Of a DNA stretch of 28,823 nt, positions 23,291 to 28,823 are shown piece after piece. This DNA comes from Saprolegnia diclina VS20 (taxonomy: Eukaryota), in NCBI RefSeq assembly GCF_000281045.1, contig NW_008246070.1:834954-863776 (forward strand). The letters run 5' to 3'. Below the pieces are notes generated by a model. It was given only the letters and a program-made list of their open reading frames with translations. It was not told the origin of the DNA and did not search any database. The position numbers and the translations under genes are program-made. The stretch's first letter is position 1; each line of letters opens with the position of its first letter.

Positions 23291-24643
23291 GATCAGCCTC
23301 TTCCTCGCCCGTGGCCGTCTCCGGGCTGTTTCCCCAAGAAAGAAAATATATCTCTACAAATGTATTCACCAATGACGACAGGGCCGACGCCGCTGATTGG
23401 CTTAAAGTCCTGCGCCAATCGCAGTCGTCCAGGCATTAGTTTCGGAGCGTGTTGCGCGGCGTTAGTCTCCCCTCCTTCGCCTTTGCTCGACTATAGAGCA
23501 TACAACCGCGCAGTGTAACGGTTCAGTGCATATTGGTAATGCTTTTGGGAAACTAACCCACCTCCACCTCAATACGATCCAAATCCATTGTTGCCTATTT
23601 GACTTGCGTCAGGGACCGCACGAGGTGTATTTTTTTTCGCGCGCAGCGAATAGACCTGCGCGAAGGCTGATCGCAGTGTATTTTTAAACCACGTGAGAAA
23701 CGACAGTGAGTAATGCGGGAAATTGCGCTCGTCGACACAGCGAAGCCGCCATCTTCCCACTTTTGGCTGCGACGCCGCCGGCGAGGAGCCAGCGTTACGC
23801 CCGTTCGACACCACATATCTATCGCTCCAAGCAGAGTGGCGCCATGCAAAAGAAGGCTCCTCGTCGCGACCACGACTCGCCAAAGCGAATAAGCTATAAG
23901 AACGCGACACACGTATTCGCAGCGATACGAATGTAGGACATGTATGAGCGAGCCAAACATCCAGCGGATTATGCAAGGCGATCGAAGATGCGACACTGAC
24001 AATCGGCAGTCTTGAACTGAATTGCCGCAGTCTGTGCCAAGTTGCGCGTCAGAGGGTGCGGATCGAGATGAGCCACCCATCCTCGTTCAGCACTGCCAGC
24101 AGGCCGCGCACGGCCAATGAGCAACATTGCAGGCGGAAGGCGACCGCTGGCGAGATGATTTACGCCCAGGCACGACGCTGGTCGGCGATCCCATGCGATG
24201 TGCGAGGTGGCGCAAGCGGGACAAGCGCCGCGCAGGGTACACAGCTCGCAGGTACACGGCCTTGGCGCTAGTTGAGCACGAACAATGGCCGTTGGAGCCA
24301 AAACGCTGGCTCGAATGCGCAGTGACGATCTAGCACCGCAAGCGCCCACCGCAATTCTAGCCCACTGCATTGGAACGTGTCACGGGCAGCTGGCAGCCTC
24401 GAGACAGCGTCCACCAATCTGCTCGGACGATTCTATCGCTGCTCCTCGTCACAACCCTCGGCACGCCAGAGATGTGCTTGGCTGTGGTTTCCACCGTCAT
24501 CCTTCTGGTACGCGGCGCGTTCTAGAACTTCTCCGATGCCAATCACATTCTGGAATGTGGAATCAACGTCTGCACACACTATTTGTACCGCATCCGAATG
24601 TGTCATCCGGATGTTCCCGTATCCGGCACAATATCCTGCGACG

Positions 24644-25683
24644 ATGACCGAGGCGCTTGCCGGCGTCCGCGCTGTCCTGAGCTGTGTCATCGCCCATCAA
24701 GACGCCACGTCATTCCCTGCTGCGTGCTTTGAAGAGCGCCATTCAGGTATGCGCTGGGGCTCCGAAGTGGAAGCTCTCACGATCGCCAAGATGGCTACGC
24801 CATGCGAGTACTCCATGGCGCGGGTCCAGATTCGCCGGCGGCGCATCGATTGCACAACGTACCTCGCCGCTTGAAGACACTGTGCATGACGAAGCTGCGC
24901 ATAGCTCATCGAGTTTGGCGTCTCGGAATGCCTCGAGCGGCAGTGCCTGGATGCGCTGACGTTCACGATGTACGACGCCGCGAGAGGCAGCCTGCGGCGG
25001 CTTGTGCTCCGTTTTACCTACACCGCGAGTGGTGGGTTGTCGCCAACGCCGCTTGTACGGTCATGGCCTTCGTAGGCATGTCGGCTTCGCCACTCGCGCC
25101 GATACTCAAGCAGTGCGCGCTGCTGCTAGAAACGGTGCGACTGCCACGAGATTCGCATCTCATTGCGAGTAGCTTCCACGAAACCCAGCCCCTTCCTTTC
25201 TCCAGCTCACGCTGCGTCCCGGTACATGCATCGATCCCACTGCACCTAGTAAAGAAAACGTCCACGGACGCCATAGAGCGGCTTCCCTACCCAAGTTGGA
25301 AGCCTGCGTACTATGTGCCGCCGTCGGCGCTGCCATCAGACGCCCCATCGCTCGTCAACTTGCCGTTCGGGACGCTGCAGACATTGGACGGGGTGCGCAT
25401 GCAGTGCCTGCTCCAAGCAACCACCACTGCTTCGCCCGCGACCGTGCCTGCCTTTGACGCGTACTTCGACCTCCCGGCTACTCCATGCAGGGCAGAGGCA
25501 TCGACGGCGAGACCCTTCCTCGTCATCCAAAGTGGCGACGACGCCCTTTGCTTGGCGGCACCCAAGTCTGTCCGGCCCACGTCGTCGTGCGTCGCGCAGC
25601 CTTTGCATCAGCGAGCGGTCACGAGCAAGCCATTGGCAGCCGAAGCCGCCGAAAGTATCCTGCAGAGATTGCCACTTGGGTAG
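24644..25683 (+). CDS. Divergent HORMA-domain protein (Hop1/ASY1/HORMAD-like), about 270 aa
   Basis: Exons 24644-24746, 24791-24858, 24905-25031, 25076-25134, 25173-25221 and 25277-25683 join in frame through five GT-AG introns of 38-55 nt. The product VLSCVI..SFPAACFEER..LIEFGVSECLERQCL..LRFTY..LLETLP..FLQLTL..YPSWKPAYY..FGTLQT parallels the HORMAD motif order. Confidence 0.65.
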
Positions 25684-26371
25684 CGCCGGGGATGCGCAGG
25701 GTTCCTTCGTTAAGGAAGCGACAAGCACCTAATGCAGTCATCGATATGAACCAGGGTGGGAAGCAGAGCCAAGGAGCTTGGCGGGCGCAAGCGACATGCC
25801 CATCCAACGCTGGCAAAGACCAGACGAAGATTCGCATTCCGTGATTGGCTGCTGCCTGCGACAAGATCTTCAACGTCGGCGGTGTTTTAAACACAGGGCA
25901 AGGATACCAACACGCCCCTTACGACTGATACCCGTGTCTTTGGCCGCTCACGGTTCTTGCTGCGCGATGGCGCAAGCACTCTGCGTTATCCCAGCTACTC
26001 GATGGAGCCATGACGTTGCAGCCTGCGTAGATCCAGGGACGCTTCCGTGGCGATGGCATCGAACCGCCTACTTCAAACCGGGTCGGCACTTTTACCGAGA
26101 GCTTTGGTTCGGATCGTCAAGCGTATCGGTCCTTCTTGCCTTGGCGATGACGTGTCGCAGTGTGGATTGCCCGTCGTTCGGGGTCGGGCCAGGCAATAAT
26201 TCCGTGGGGTCGGGTGACGCGGCGCCCGGTGTCAGCGCGACGTAAAGTTGGGTGCGCGCAGTGTGTTTAAAACGCGTCACCAAGCTCGTCACGCCAACAC
26301 AGAAACACGCGTCCGGCCGACCAAGAACCAAGATCGCACGGGACACACAACCTAATTCACCTCATTCGAGC

Positions 26372-27879
26372 ATGATCCAAGACCACAACGAAGCCGACTG
26401 CCCCGTGTACGCGCACCCGGCCTGCGCCCGCGACTGCCCCACCGACACCTTTCCCGAAGAGGCCATGCCGGCCAACGTGGCGTACCAGCTCATCTTCGAC
26501 GAGCTTGCGCTCGACGGCAACCCGAGCATGAACGTACGTCCACCTATGGATCGATCGAGGCTCATGCACGCTGGTAGTTGGCGTCGTTTGTGACGACGTA
26601 CATGGAGCCCGAGGCCGAGCAGCTCATGCTCGCGGGGCTCAAGAAGAATTACATTGACATGGACCAGTACCCGCAGACGGCCGAGATCCACAACCGGTGC
26701 GTGGCCATTCTCTCCAATCTCTTCAACGCGCCTGGTGTGCCCACGGGCACGGGCTGCGTCGGCTCCTCCGAGGCCATCATGCTCGCGGGTCTCGCGATGA
26801 AGCGCAAGTGGCGCGACCGCCGCCTCGCCGCGGGCCTCCCCGCCGACAAGCCCAACATGGTCTTTGGCTCCAACGTCCAAGTGTGCTGGCACAAGATGTG
26901 CAAGTACTTTGAGATCGAGCCGCGCGAAGCCGACGTCTCGCCGGACGAGCTCGTCTTGACGGCCGAGCGCGCGCGCGGGCTCATTGACGAAAACACGATT
27001 GGTATCTGCGCGATCCTCGGGAGCACGTTCAACGGCGAATTCGAGAACGTCCAGGCCATCCACACGATGGCCGAGCAGCTCAACGAGCTCCACGGCTGGG
27101 AGCTCGGTATCCACGTCGACGCGGCGTCCGGCGGGTTCATTGCGCCCTTCTTGCACCCCGAGCTCGTCTGGGACTTTCGCCTGCCGCTCGTCAAGTCGAT
27201 CAACGTCAGCGGGCACAAGTTTGGCCTCGTGTACGCCGGTATGGGCTGGGCGCTGTGGCGCGAGCCCGAGGACCTCCCGGACGACTTGGTCTTCCACGTC
27301 AACTACCTCGGCGGCGACCAAGCGTCGTTTACGCTCAACTTTTCAAAGGGCGCGAGCAACGTCATTGCGCAGTACTACAACATTGTGCGTCTCGGGCGCG
27401 ACGGGTACCGCGAGATTTTGCTCCGGACCATGCACAACGCCGAGTACCTCCGCGAGCGCCTCGTGGCGACCGGGCACTTTGCCATCGTCGACAAGGCGCA
27501 CATGCCGCTCGTGGCGTTCTGCCTCAACGAAGAAGAGGGCAAGAAGCCGTTCTCGTGCTTTGACATCCAGGACAAGCTCCGGTCGCGCGGCTGGATCGTG
27601 CCCGCGTACACGTGCTCGAAGGGCGCCGAGTCGCTCGTCATCATGCGCGTCGTCGTCAAGCAGAACTTTACCAAGTCGATGGCCGACATGCTCGTCAAGG
27701 ACATTGTGAAAGCGATCGAGTTTCTCGAGGCCCACTCGCAGCTGGTCGAGGTCGCCAAGCAGGCCGCGACGTCCGACGACGAGGGCGAGGTCAAGATCAG
27801 CATTGACGCGTTCGTCTTTGCGCTCGGCCACACCCTCGAGCACCGCAAGTCGGGCGTCCAGACCCAAGGCGTGTGCTAA
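26372..27879 (+). CDS. GAD: Glutamate decarboxylase (PLP-dependent, GadB/plant/fungal type)
   Basis: Exons 26372-26533 and 26578-27879. Motifs: DELALDGNPSMNLASFVTTYME, GSSEAIMLAGLAMK, IHVDAASGGF, SINVSGHK (PLP lysine), FTLNFSK. The protein ends in GVC. Confidence 0.96.
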
Positions 27880-28163
27880 GACGCTCTTCGATGCCTAGGT
27901 CTGGGAAGGTGAAGACGAGTAGTTGCGTTTTGAGAAAATATACGTCTGTGTACACAACTGACATTGGCGCGTGGCTCAGCAGTGGAGACGAATGTACTAG
28001 TCCAAGATGCAACTTTGGGCTCGTATCGACAGGGAAAAGCTTAAGGACACGAGATACGTTTTGCTGCATGTGAGAATGCTCCTGGTGGCGCTTGTAGAGA
28101 CCGAAGCGTTGAAGAGCCCGCCAACGATTTGTTGAATTTGCCTCCTGACGAGCAAAGGTGGAG

Positions 28164-28781
28164 TCATATTGTACTAGGAGAGGACCTCCAGAAGAGGCAG
28201 TTGGAGCCGCAGCATATCCGAATCGAGTGTGAGTAGAATGTCGCACTCGTACTCCAGACTGCGAAACCAATTATGTCACGGCTGGGATGCTCAAGTGTCC
28301 AACAAAGAACGACAAAGAGAAAATGCACTCGACTTGGTGTGCTTGGACAATCCCAAAGGGCCCGGCAGTGGCCGGCAACGTCTTGCTCTGCATGTTGTGC
28401 GAGAGGTTGAACATCGCCTTGGAGCCGCAAAGCCATGGTCAATGCGGCCTTGGTTCTCGTGTTCATTGTAGCGGCGATGCGCTGGATGCTGCGCTTGTGT
28501 GCGGCGGCCCAGTCGGTGAGGTGCTCAAAGTTGAAGAGCATGTTGCGTCCGAACGTGGCGGCGCTGAGCGTGAACGTCTTGGTGCTCTGGAACGAGGCCC
28601 GAGTGGCGAAGCCGACTGCAGAGCAAAAGTCCTCAACCGACTCGATGCCCGACGCGCGCATCTTGTCGCCGACGACGAGGCGAATGCGCTCGATGGCGAG
28701 GCTGGCGGTCGGGTTCTTGCATGTGATCAGCTTGGGCGCAGCTGGCGAGGAGCTTGGTGAACTCTTACTTGAACCGCCGCC
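28164..28781 (-). CDS. Truncated hypothetical ORF (probably the 3' part of a gene), 5' end interrupted by a fold-back junction
   Basis: Open frame with coding-like codon usage (LAIERIRLVVGDKMRASGIESVEDF...FNFEHLTDWAAAHK). No recognisable family, and the exon structure is unresolved. Confidence 0.4.
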   Translation of the reverse strand, partial: GGGSSKSSPSSSPAAPKLITCKNPTASLAIERIRLVVGDKMRASGIESVEDFCSAVGFATRASFQSTKTFTLSAATFGRNMLFNFEHLTDWAAAHKRSIQRIAATMNTRTKAALTMALRLQGDVQPLAQHAEQDVAGHCRALWDCPSTPSRVHFLFVVLCWTLEHPSRDIIGFAVWSTSATFYSHSIRICCGSNCLFWRSSPSTI

Positions 28782-28823
28782 TTCGGACGCAACATGCTCT
28801 TCAACTTTGAGCACCTCACCGAC
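28512..28823. repeat. Perfect 42-nt inverted repeat reaching the window end
   Basis: 28512-28553 is the exact reverse complement of 28782-28823. Confidence 0.95.

Noticed and set aside
23400..24640. ORFs of 70-160 aa between the PDZ and HORMA genes
   Set aside because: They lack coding-like codon bias and motifs. The region is likely a divergent promoter (CCAAT/ATTGG near 23396-23420).

Overview
Eukaryotic, GC-rich, gene-dense genomic DNA. Its very short GT-AG introns (about 38-61 nt, many with GTACGT/GTGCGT donors) and gene content fit an oomycete, probably Saprolegniales (inference). Hand-splicing gives about 14 genes: PEX16 (partial), a GT-A-like hypothetical protein, SEN34, a PDZ + zinc-finger IRE/Greatwall-type AGC kinase, two tandem Kelch-propeller/TM/RING-H2 receptor-like E3 ligases, a receptor-like TKL pseudokinase, protein-only RNase P (PRORP), a 12-finger WRKY19-like CCCH-GG repeat protein, a PQLC1-like PQ-loop protein, a MYND + multi-PDZ scaffold, a 6-exon divergent Hop1/HORMAD-like HORMA gene not visible as a single ORF, glutamate decarboxylase, and a truncated ORF at the right edge. 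Non-genic structure includes a ~440-nt intergenic inverted repeat (ungapped 185-nt arms, about 88% identical), a 132-nt tandem exon+intron duplication inside one E3 gene, and a perfect 42-nt fold-back at the window end. All calls come from motif recognition by eye; no database search was run.
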